Origin: Candidatus Aldehydirespirator sp.
GTDB taxonomy: Bacteria; Actinomycetota; Acidimicrobiia; Acidimicrobiales; Aldehydirespiratoraceae
Direction: 5' to 3'
Length of the DNA stretch: 64,000 nucleotides
Assembly: GCA_965203635.1 (NCBI GenBank)
Contig: OZ241903.1
Span: 3,330,918-3,394,917 of the forward strand
Below the pieces are notes generated by a model. That model was not told the origin of the DNA. It worked only from the letters and a program-made list of their open reading frames with translations, and ran no database searches. Positions 8,399 through 16,798 of the stretch are shown here, piece after piece. Position numbers and translations under genes: made by a program. How positions within the stretch are numbered: position 1 is the stretch's first letter; each line of letters opens with the position of its first letter.

Positions 8399-9094
8399 GT
8401 GATGGCCGAGGCGTTGAGCTTCGCCGGCGCACACGTGGCCGTGACCAGCCGCAGCCTCGGCGACGCGGCGGCCAAGGCAGCCGAGATCGCCTCGGCCACC
8501 GGGGGCCAGACGTTGGGGGTGGAGATGGAGGCCACCGACGGAGACTCGGTCGAGACGGCGGTGGCCGGAGTGGTCGAGCGCTTGGGCGGTCTCGACATCC
8601 TGGTCAACAACGCCGGGATCCTCGTGCGGGGCGCCATCGGTGATCTCGAGCCGGGCCAGTTCGAGGAGTCCCTGGCCGTCAACGTGACCGGCCCCTGGCT
8701 GATCTGCCGGACTGCGGCCCCGCACTTGTGGGAGTCCGGCTGCGGGCGGGTGATCAACGTGTCGTCGACGTTCGGGCTGGTGGCCGCACCCGACCGCACC
8801 GCCTACACCTCCTCCAAGGGCGCCATCGTCCAGCTGACGAGAGCCCTGGCCATGGAGTGGGCGCGGCGCGGGGTGAACGTGAACACGATCGCTCCCGGCC
8901 CGTTCCTGACCGATATGAACCGGGCCCACCAGCACAGCGAGCACAGCGTCAGGGTGATCGGCCAGGAGGTGGCCCTGCAACGCTGGGGCGAGTTGCCCGA
9001 GATCGCCGGAGCGGTCATCTATCTGGCCTCCGACGCGTCGTCGTACGTGACCGGCTCGGTGTTGACGGTCGATGGAGGCTGGACCGCCCACTGA
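8399..9094 (+). CDS. Short-chain dehydrogenase/reductase (SDR); true N-terminus probably upstream of the first canonical start
   Basis: YTSSK catalytic motif and NNAG. The cofactor motif TGGSRGLG is encoded at 8369..8392, upstream of the first GTG/ATG (8399/8402). Confidence 0.8.
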   Translation: MMAEALSFAGAHVAVTSRSLGDAAAKAAEIASATGGQTLGVEMEATDGDSVETAVAGVVERLGGLDILVNNAGILVRGAIGDLEPGQFEESLAVNVTGPWLICRTAAPHLWESGCGRVINVSSTFGLVAAPDRTAYTSSKGAIVQLTRALAMEWARRGVNVNTIAPGPFLTDMNRAHQHSEHSVRVIGQEVALQRWGELPEIAGAVIYLASDASSYVTGSVLTVDGGWTAH

Positions 9095-9112
9095 TACCCG
9101 GAGGTACCGACA

Positions 9113-9901
9113 ATGAACCGTCGATTCGAGGGACGCAACGTCTTCGTGACCGGAGCCGGCAGCGGATTCGGTCGCCGCACCGCTGAGCTGTTCGCAGCCG
9201 AGGGCGCCAACAACCTCTACCTGGTCGACTACAACCAGGAGCGTCTGGAGGCGGTCGGGCCGGTGATCGAAGAGTTGGGGGCCACGCCGCACCTGCTCAA
9301 CTGCGATCTCAGCGTCATGGAGAACTGCGCCGAAGCGGTGGCCCAGGCTCTGGCCATCGATCCCAAGCTCGATGTCATGGTGTCCAATGCGGCCGCCTGG
9401 GACCTGTCCGAGTTCGTTGACGTGAGCGACGCGACCTGGCGTCGGATCCTGTCGGTCAACCTCGACGCCTACTTCGTGCTGGGCAACCGGGCGGCCCGAG
9501 CCATGAAGGAGACCGGCGGTGGCGTCATCCTGTTCACGTCGTCGATCGCCGCTCTCGGGCACGGTCGAGGGTGCACGCCCTACTGCGTGGCCAAGACCGG
9601 CGTGGTGGCCCTGGCGAAGGCGATCGCCGTCGAGTGCGCGCCCTACAACATCCGGTGCAATTGCGTCGCTCCGGGCCCCGGAGACACCCAGCAGTCAGTC
9701 GACATCGTGGGCGAGGAGTTGATGGACAAGTGGCGCTCCGAGGGCTTCCCGGCGGTGCCGGCCAACCGGCTGACGTCGGTCGACGACATCGCCAACGCCT
9801 TCCTGTACCTCGCCTCGGACGAAGCCAGGTACGTGTCCGGCGTCAACCTCGTCGTGGACGGCGCCCTGAGCGCCCAGACCTACGACGTACCCGAGAACTA
9901 A
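9113..9901 (+). CDS. SDR family oxidoreductase (paralogue A)
   Basis: TGAGSGFG cofactor motif, SSIAAL, YCVAK (YxxxK). About 85 percent aa identity by eye to the ORF at 28532..29320. Confidence 0.9.
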   Translation: MNRRFEGRNVFVTGAGSGFGRRTAELFAAEGANNLYLVDYNQERLEAVGPVIEELGATPHLLNCDLSVMENCAEAVAQALAIDPKLDVMVSNAAAWDLSEFVDVSDATWRRILSVNLDAYFVLGNRAARAMKETGGGVILFTSSIAALGHGRGCTPYCVAKTGVVALAKAIAVECAPYNIRCNCVAPGPGDTQQSVDIVGEELMDKWRSEGFPAVPANRLTSVDDIANAFLYLASDEARYVSGVNLVVDGALSAQTYDVPEN

Positions 9902-9917
9902 CCGAAGGGAGCGGATC

Positions 9918-10667
9918 GTGAGACTGACATCCGACGTTCATCTGGTAGGCGGAGGCACGCTCAGCGGCTTCGGCGTCTCGTCGGACTTCGACGCCCACTG
10001 CTACCTCCTCGACGGCGGCGACGAGCAGGTCCTCGTCGAGTGCGGCATGGGTACCGAGACCGGGTTCCGGCGCGTCACCGGCAACATCCGGCGCGCCGGC
10101 TACGACCCGGCCGCCCTCACCAGGCTGTTCTTGACCCATTACCACACTGATCACGCCGGAGGCGCATCGGTCTACCGCGAGCAAGTTGGACTCTCTGTCG
10201 CGACCGGCACGGCCACCGGACGAGCGCTCGAGGCGGGCGACCACGAGGCCACGTCCTTCTGCCGGGCTCAGGCCGCCGGGATCTTCCCCGAGGGCTACTC
10301 CTACGAACCCTGCCCCGTCGACGATCTGCTCACCGACGGAGACCAGCGGTCGGTGGGTCGACTCACGCTCACCTACCTGGACACACCGGGCCACTGCGGC
10401 GGCCACGGGTCGTTCCTCGTCGAGGGGGGCGAGCAGACGTACCTCTTCGCCGGCGACGCCATCTTCGCGTGGGGAAAGCTGCACTTGCAGGCCATTCCGG
10501 ACTGTGACCTCCAGGCCTCGCTGGCAACCGTTCTGGCGCTGGCCGAGCTGGAGTTCGACTCACTCCTCCCGGGTCACGGAGCCATCGCCCTCCATGACGG
10601 CCAGGCCCATATCGGCATGGCCAAGGACGCGATCGAGAGTCTCGCCGTCCCACCGAGACTGGTCTGA
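9918..10667 (+). CDS. Metallo-beta-lactamase-fold hydrolase
   Basis: HYHTDHAGG (HxHxDH) and TPGHCGGH motifs; 249 aa. Confidence 0.8.
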   Translation: MRLTSDVHLVGGGTLSGFGVSSDFDAHCYLLDGGDEQVLVECGMGTETGFRRVTGNIRRAGYDPAALTRLFLTHYHTDHAGGASVYREQVGLSVATGTATGRALEAGDHEATSFCRAQAAGIFPEGYSYEPCPVDDLLTDGDQRSVGRLTLTYLDTPGHCGGHGSFLVEGGEQTYLFAGDAIFAWGKLHLQAIPDCDLQASLATVLALAELEFDSLLPGHGAIALHDGQAHIGMAKDAIESLAVPPRLV

Positions 10668-10692
10668 CAGGCCGGCGGGCATCCCCGCAGCA

Positions 10693-11814
10693 TCACGCCT
10701 CGATCACGAACCGGTCTTCCGTCAGGCGCTCCAGAAGGTCGGGTCTGGGCACCGGCGCGATGCCGGCCTCCTCGCCGGCCACCGCGAAGCACCCGCCGTC
10801 GCTCGATGTCTCGAAGCCCACGGCCGGGTCGGCCAGGTCCTCGGCGTAGAAGCGCGAGGAGGGGAAGATGTCCGACGGGTAGGTGAAGTTCTCCAGCGTC
10901 GCCAGCGCGACGCAGACAGCCGCGCCCACTCCGCTCTCCAGCATGCCGCCCACCCAGCATCCGATGCCGGAGTCCCGGCAGAGATCGTGGATCGACTTCG
11001 CGACCGTCAGCCCGCCGACCCGGCCCGGCTTCACGTTGATGTAGCGGCAACTGCCGAGTTCGACAGCGTGCTCGGCCCCCTTGACGGAGACGATGCTCTC
11101 GTCGAGACACACCGGCGTGTCGATCTGCGCCTGGAGCTTGGCATGATCGAGGAGGTCGTCGTGCTGCAACGGCTGCTCGATCATGGCCAGCTCGAACCGG
11201 TCGACCGCACGGAAGAGATCAAGGTCGGACAGCTGGAAGGCCGCGTTGCAGTCGATGTGGGCGGTGAGGTCGGGAAAGGTCGAGCGCACCGCCTTCAGCA
11301 TGTTGATGTCCCAGCCCGGCCGGAACTTGAGCTTCACGCGCCGGTAGCCGGCCCTGACGGCACCGTCCACCGCGGCAACGAGATCGTCGAGCGAGTCCAT
11401 CACGCCGAAGTCGGCTCCGACCTCCACCCGATCGCGCCGGCCGCCGAGCAGTGCGTGCAGCGGCCGTCCTACCCGGCGTGCTTCGAGGATCCACCAGGCC
11501 ACATCGAGCGCAGCTTTGGCGAAGTAGTTGCCCTTGAAGTGGGCGAGCCGCTCCTGGAGCAGCTCACCGGAATCGATCTCGGCGCCGACAACCGCGGGCG
11601 CGAGCCAGTCGCGGAGCACTGCGAAGGCGCCCCGGGCGTACTCGGGGCTGTAGCCGGGCGACCCGAACGGACAGGACTCGGCCCAGACGTCGAGTTCCCC
11701 GCTGGTGATCCTCACCAGCAGGCTGTCGATGGCTGGTATGTCGTGTGACGCTGTTCTCCACGGATACAGCAGCGGCATGGTGACGTGCGAGACTTCGACG
11801 CGGTCGATCCTCAT
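10693..11814 (-). CDS. Enolase-superfamily enzyme, MLE subgroup (o-succinylbenzoate synthase / N-acylamino-acid racemase / dipeptide epimerase type)
   Basis: KLKFRPGWD (KxK), HIDCNAAF, MIEQP, CLDES and INVKPGRVGG acid/base and metal-ligand pattern. The ATG at 11814 overlaps the upstream stop (TGATG). Confidence 0.8.
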   Translation of the reverse strand: MRIDRVEVSHVTMPLLYPWRTASHDIPAIDSLLVRITSGELDVWAESCPFGSPGYSPEYARGAFAVLRDWLAPAVVGAEIDSGELLQERLAHFKGNYFAKAALDVAWWILEARRVGRPLHALLGGRRDRVEVGADFGVMDSLDDLVAAVDGAVRAGYRRVKLKFRPGWDINMLKAVRSTFPDLTAHIDCNAAFQLSDLDLFRAVDRFELAMIEQPLQHDDLLDHAKLQAQIDTPVCLDESIVSVKGAEHAVELGSCRYINVKPGRVGGLTVAKSIHDLCRDSGIGCWVGGMLESGVGAAVCVALATLENFTYPSDIFPSSRFYAEDLADPAVGFETSSDGGCFAVAGEEAGIAPVPRPDLLERLTEDRFVIEA

Positions 11815-13349
11815 CACAGGGTCCCCATCTCGAGTCTGGTTCCGGGACCGAGGGCGATCCGCCGGCGGCCCCGGCCCGGTCGCCACCGGTACCGGGGGAA
11901 GGCCCCGAAGGAAAGGGTCAGGCGCACGCGGTGCCCGGCGCCGAACTGGTGGGCCGCGTGGCCGAACTCGACCCGAGTGCTCGGCCCGGTGACGGCCGCG
12001 CCGCCGTCGGCGACATTCCACACCGACGCGTCGGGCCCCATGTCGCTGAGTGTCGCGAACACCATGCCCTCGGGCTGATCGGCGTCCGCCACCACCGTGA
12101 GCGTCACTCCTCCAGCAACGGTTACGGCATTGGACAGCGGCTCAGACGTGAAAGTGACCACATCACGGCGCGCGTCCCGGGCCGTCTGGTCGAAGGGACC
12201 GGGCACCAGGTCGGGTGCCCAAGGGAAGACCCGCCCACCGACGGATGGCGTCGGATCTTCAGCATCGAGGTCCACGTCGACCATGGCATCCTCAGCCGTG
12301 TCGCCGAGTTGGCCGGCCGCGGCGGGAAACAGGGTCAACCCGCTGGTCGGGGGCGGCCAGGCTGCGAGCCACTCCCAGCGGTTGGCGCCGGTCACGAACA
12401 CACGCGCCCCGGCTGGGGCGGTGTCGGCGTCGCGCAGGTGCTGATCTAGGAACATCCGTTGGGCGCCCGCGAGGTCGAAAGCGGCCGCCGCGCCGTGATC
12501 GCGTGCACCCGCGTCGCGGGCCAGGGGCAGACCGCGATGCCCCCATGGGCCGGCGACGAGCACAGACTCGACGAGGGCGCCGTGGAGTTCGAACGTCGAA
12601 GGCTGGAACACATCGAACCACCCGGCCACCACCAGGGCCGGGATCGGCACGCCCGCGATGGAGTCGCGGGTCGGGATCGACGGGTTCCCGGCGTACGGAG
12701 CAGGCCGGTTCCACTCCAGCCAGGCTCCTGCCAACGGGCTGCCGGCGATGAGTTGGTCGATCGACGAGCCGCCGGCCGCAGTCGCGGCGGGCCGAGACCA
12801 CGCATCGAGCGCCCCAGCCGGGTCGGCCGTGCGAGGATCGACCGGAAGCAGGGCTCCGAACATCCAGGCCAGGTTGAAGCCGTGGTTCGACTCCCCACCC
12901 TCGCGAATCCAGCCGTCGCGCACGTCGCACGGTGTGAGTCCGGGAATGATCGCCTGCAACGGCTCGGGGCGGCGTACCGCCGCGGCCAGCTGGCAGTAGC
13001 CGAGATAGCTGATGCCGGCCATGGCGACCCGCCCGTTGCACCAGGGCTGTGAGGCCACCCACTCGATGGTGTCGATCCCATCGGCCTGCTCGTCGACGAA
13101 GGGCTCGAAGTCGCCGCCGGAGCCGAACCGGCCCCGGGTGTCCTGGATCACCACCGCGTAGCCGGCCTCGGCCAACCCCAACGCATCAACCTGCAGTCCG
13201 CGCGACGCCGGAGTGCGGCGGTTGTAGGGGGTTCGCACCACGACGGCGGGAACCGGACCACTGCCAGCCGGCCGGATCACGTCGGTGGCGAGCCCCGTGC
13301 CGTCGCTCATCGGGACATCGATGCCGGCATCGACGCTCAAAGAGTGCAC
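11814..13349 (-). CDS. CocE/NonD-family (S15 X-Pro dipeptidyl-peptidase-like) serine hydrolase
   Basis: IDVPMSDGTGLATDVIRP...VVVRTPYNRR...VVIQDTRGRFGSGG pattern. The start is uncertain: GTG 13349, ATG 13310, or the long-ORF start 13511. Confidence 0.75.
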   Translation of the reverse strand: MHSLSVDAGIDVPMSDGTGLATDVIRPAGSGPVPAVVVRTPYNRRTPASRGLQVDALGLAEAGYAVVIQDTRGRFGSGGDFEPFVDEQADGIDTIEWVASQPWCNGRVAMAGISYLGYCQLAAAVRRPEPLQAIIPGLTPCDVRDGWIREGGESNHGFNLAWMFGALLPVDPRTADPAGALDAWSRPAATAAGGSSIDQLIAGSPLAGAWLEWNRPAPYAGNPSIPTRDSIAGVPIPALVVAGWFDVFQPSTFELHGALVESVLVAGPWGHRGLPLARDAGARDHGAAAAFDLAGAQRMFLDQHLRDADTAPAGARVFVTGANRWEWLAAWPPPTSGLTLFPAAAGQLGDTAEDAMVDVDLDAEDPTPSVGGRVFPWAPDLVPGPFDQTARDARRDVVTFTSEPLSNAVTVAGGVTLTVVADADQPEGMVFATLSDMGPDASVWNVADGGAAVTGPSTRVEFGHAAHQFGAGHRVRLTLSFGAFPRYRWRPGRGRRRIALGPGTRLEMGTL

Positions 13350-13465
13350 CAGCCGAGAGCTTAGGCTCGCACAAACAGGCGGGCCGTTTAGAGCTGATTC
13401 TCCGCCCGGATACCCGGCTTGGCGCTGGTATTTCGGTCTGCCTAGTGTCAAAGCTGGTGAATTTA

Positions 13466-13498
13466 ATTTCGCGTTAGGGGGTATGAAATGCGCGAAAT
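13466..13498. promoter_or_regulatory. Inverted repeat ATTTCGCG-N17-CGCGAAAT in the AT-richer divergent control region
   Basis: Perfect 8-bp arms at 13466..13473 and 13491..13498, 56 nt upstream of the SBP start codon. This is the lowest-GC stretch of the window. Confidence 0.3.
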
Positions 13499-13553
13499 CT
13501 CTAAGGACCATTATTCCGGGGGAAGTGGCGCGAGAAATGAGGAACTCACGTCG

Positions 13554-14870
13554 ATGTCCGGCAGCCGTTTCGGACGACGCGGGTTTCTTCAGGGAGCTAT
13601 GGGTCTCGGACTCTCACTCCCAGCTGCAGCAGCATTACTCGCTGCTTGCAGCGGGGAAGATCCCGAGGCGACGCGGAGGACGCTGAGGTTCGTTGGCTGG
13701 GACTTCCTGCCCGACACGATCCAGGCGCACCTGGACACTTGGATGAGCGTGTCAGGCGGAACGGTTGAACTCGAGGTGCTTCCCGTCACCGGTTACCCGG
13801 CTGCGATCCAGACGAGGTTCCGGGGTGGAGACCGACCCGACCTCTTCTACAACTTCACATACCTGTTGGGCCAGTTCCTTGAGAACGGGTGGAACCGGAC
13901 TCTGAATGACCTGCCAGGCGTGGAAGAGCGCATCGATGCGCTCTACCCGGGCGCACGATCACGATTTGTCACGGCCGACGGGCAAATCACCAGCTTGCCC
14001 TACTTCTCGGCAGTCTTCATGAACCACTACAACGCGGCGATGGTCGAGCAGGCAGGATTCTCCGGCCCGCCTCAAACGCTGCAGGAATACTACGACCAGT
14101 GCGCCAAGATCAAGGCTGACGGAATCTCCGACGCTCCCTACGAGTCGTCATGGCTCAACGAGCGGATCGAGGAATACCTCATGGCCACTCTCCTAGGAGA
14201 GGGAATCACCGCGTTCGATGATGCTGCCCAGCCGGTATTCGCTGATGATCCGAGGTCTGTGGACGTTCTGGAGTGGTGGCGGGCCATGTACCAGGACGGG
14301 TTGACATCGCCGACCATTCTCACCGATGACAATCCGGAACTCATCGGCGGAATGACGCAGGGAACATTCGCGTTCTATGCGGGTCACGACTACTGGTTGA
14401 AGATCTTCAACGATGTCGGAGGACCGGCAGCCGCAGACCTGCGGATGGCCCCGATGCCGGGAGCGGGCCAAACGCTCCTAGCCGGCGAAGTCGTCCAGAT
14501 GGGTCCAGACCTGGAAGGCACGGCGCTCAATGACGCGTGGGACCTGCTGAAGTTCTACACGGGGGCCGACAACGACGGGAACTTCACCGTTCCATTGACC
14601 TGGGTCGAGGCTGCCGCGCTGGCCGTTCCGTACCCGTCATTCTTCGAGGATCCCGCCATCCAGGCCGCGTATCCCGACTACTACGACCTCGGCGTGATCA
14701 CGTCGGAGTACGACAGAGCGGCGACACCGGCAGCAAGAGCGCTGAGCTGGTACCAGGGCTTCCAGGTCAAGGTGGGCGAGCGCGTCAACGACATGCTGGC
14801 CGGGGACGCGACACCGGCAGAAACGGTGGCCAACATGGCCGACGACGCGGTAGAGCTGGCGGCGGGCTAG
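13554..14870 (+). CDS. Sugar ABC transporter substrate-binding lipoprotein (CUT1, SBP family 1) with Tat-type signal
   Basis: MSGSRFGRRGFLQGAMGLGLSLPAAAALLAACSG (twin-arginine plus lipobox). The body resembles family 1 extracellular solute-binding proteins. Confidence 0.85.
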   Translation: MSGSRFGRRGFLQGAMGLGLSLPAAAALLAACSGEDPEATRRTLRFVGWDFLPDTIQAHLDTWMSVSGGTVELEVLPVTGYPAAIQTRFRGGDRPDLFYNFTYLLGQFLENGWNRTLNDLPGVEERIDALYPGARSRFVTADGQITSLPYFSAVFMNHYNAAMVEQAGFSGPPQTLQEYYDQCAKIKADGISDAPYESSWLNERIEEYLMATLLGEGITAFDDAAQPVFADDPRSVDVLEWWRAMYQDGLTSPTILTDDNPELIGGMTQGTFAFYAGHDYWLKIFNDVGGPAAADLRMAPMPGAGQTLLAGEVVQMGPDLEGTALNDAWDLLKFYTGADNDGNFTVPLTWVEAAALAVPYPSFFEDPAIQAAYPDYYDLGVITSEYDRAATPAARALSWYQGFQVKVGERVNDMLAGDATPAETVANMADDAVELAAG

Positions 14871-14970
14871 TAGCACTGACGCATTCACGGGGATCGCTTC
14901 AAGCTCCGAAAGGCGACCGGAGCGCACTCCGCATTGCCGCCCGGACCCTCGCGTGCTGACGTGACGAACG

Positions 14971-15912
14971 ATGATCTCCAGGGTCGGGGCGGGTAGCACT
15001 ACCGGCGCCCAGGCGCCTCCCCGAACTGGGTCTCGGCTGAACGACCGGATGTTCGGCCTGGTCCTCGCGCTCCCCGCGATCATCTCGTTGGTCCTGGTCG
15101 TCGGCATTCCGGGTGTGCAGACCCTGGTGTACAGCTTCCAGCGGGTCCCTCTCTCGGACGATCCCGCCACGTTCGTCGGCACCGACAACTACGCGAAGGT
15201 CCTCGGGGACGAGTCCTTCGTTGAATCGCTGGTGGTCACCTTGCAGTACACGGCCGGATACGTCGTCCTGGCCACGGTCCTCGGACTGCTCTTCGCGCTG
15301 CTGCTCGACCAGCCGCTGCGAGGGCGGGGCATTGCCCGGGCGCTTCTGATCATCCCCTGGGCCACGCCCGTCATCATCGCGGGGGTGATGTGGAAGTGGC
15401 TCATCGACCCGTCGGTGGGCGGGCTCAACGCGGTTCTGTTCGAACTCGGTGTGCTTGAGGACTACAAGCCGTTCCTGGCCGACCGGGAATGGGCGCTCGT
15501 CTTCACGATCCTGGCTGCGGGATGGCACCAGGCGTCCTTCTCGGCCCTCCTGTTCCTGGCTTCTCTCCAGACCCTCCCCAACGAGATAGTCGAAGCGGCG
15601 AAGGTCGACGGGGCCACGGCGTGGCAACGGTTCCGCGGGGTTGTCTTCCCTTGGATCCGCCCGATGCTGCTGGTGGTTGTCATCATCAACGTGATCTACG
15701 GGGTTCTCCAATTCGACACGGTCTGGGTGATGACCCAAGGCGGACCCGGTGATGCCACGACCCTGTTGCCGATCCTGCTGTACCGGCAGCTCTTCATATT
15801 CTCGGACATAGGAGCAGGATCGGCGCTGGCGGTGATGCTGGGAGTCGTCGCAGTGCTTGTGAGTTCAATCGCCCTGATATTGCTCGGCCGAGACGACCCG
15901 TTGGAAGCGTGA
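14971..15912 (+). CDS. Sugar ABC transporter permease (MalF/UgpA-like)
   Basis: Six-TM permease with an EAA-type loop (EAAKVDGATAWQRFRGVVFPWIRP). Confidence 0.85.
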   Translation: MISRVGAGSTTGAQAPPRTGSRLNDRMFGLVLALPAIISLVLVVGIPGVQTLVYSFQRVPLSDDPATFVGTDNYAKVLGDESFVESLVVTLQYTAGYVVLATVLGLLFALLLDQPLRGRGIARALLIIPWATPVIIAGVMWKWLIDPSVGGLNAVLFELGVLEDYKPFLADREWALVFTILAAGWHQASFSALLFLASLQTLPNEIVEAAKVDGATAWQRFRGVVFPWIRPMLLVVVIINVIYGVLQFDTVWVMTQGGPGDATTLLPILLYRQLFIFSDIGAGSALAVMLGVVAVLVSSIALILLGRDDPLEA

Positions 15913-15922
15913 GCGAGAGGCG

Positions 15923-16798
15923 ATGGCGAGCAGGACCGTGAGTCGACCAGTTCTCAGGAGAAGAGCGGTAACTGCACTGCTGTACGCGGCTCTCGTGTTG
16001 TTTGCCGTCTGGGTGCTGTTCCCGTTCTGGTTCCTCGTCAACAGCAGCTTCATGACTCCCGCCGAGGCAGTGGCGGTACCACCGCACTGGATACCGGAAG
16101 AGCCGACGCTGGGGAACTACAGCGCGATCCTTGCCGGCCAAGTCGCTCCCGGAGGCGCTCAAGTGGGCCTCCGAGTACTGACGGCGCTGGGAGAGAGCCT
16201 CGCCGTGGGCATCCTCACGGTCGTGGTGAATCTCGCCCTGGGCGGTACGGCCGCGTACTCGATGTCACGTTACAAGTACCGCGGCTCCCGACTGGCCTAC
16301 CTGGCGGTCCTCTTTGCTCGCCTGGTTCCCGCAATCGCGATCGTCGCTGCCTTCTTCGTCGCCCTCCGCGACCTGGGCCTAATCGACAGCCGTTACGGGC
16401 TGGTGATCGTCTACACCTCGTTCACGCTGCCGATCACAATCCTGGTCCTCAAGAACTACTTCGACGGACTGCCGCGTGAGCTGGACGAGGCCGCTCTGGT
16501 GGACGGGGCCTCGCGGCTGCAGGCGCTCTGGTACGTGATCCGCCCCATCGCCAGGCCCGGCCTCATCGCGGCCGCGTGCCTGGTGTTCCTCGAGAGCTGG
16601 GGAGAGTTCTTCTACGCGCTGACTCTGACCAACCAGTTGACGATCCCACCGGTCCTTGCCGGCTTCCGCGGCTTCTTCCAATTCAACTGGACAACGCTCG
16701 CGGCTGCGACTGTACTCGCGGTCGTGCCGCCGGTGCTGCTAGCGCTGATATTCCAGCGGTACGTCGTGCGGGGGCTGGCCCAGGGCGTCACCAAGTGA
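15923..16798 (+). CDS. Sugar ABC transporter permease (MalG/UgpE-like)
   Basis: EAA loop DEAALVDGASRLQALWYVIRPIARPG; 291 aa. Confidence 0.85.
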   Translation: MASRTVSRPVLRRRAVTALLYAALVLFAVWVLFPFWFLVNSSFMTPAEAVAVPPHWIPEEPTLGNYSAILAGQVAPGGAQVGLRVLTALGESLAVGILTVVVNLALGGTAAYSMSRYKYRGSRLAYLAVLFARLVPAIAIVAAFFVALRDLGLIDSRYGLVIVYTSFTLPITILVLKNYFDGLPRELDEAALVDGASRLQALWYVIRPIARPGLIAAACLVFLESWGEFFYALTLTNQLTIPPVLAGFRGFFQFNWTTLAAATVLAVVPPVLLALIFQRYVVRGLAQGVTK

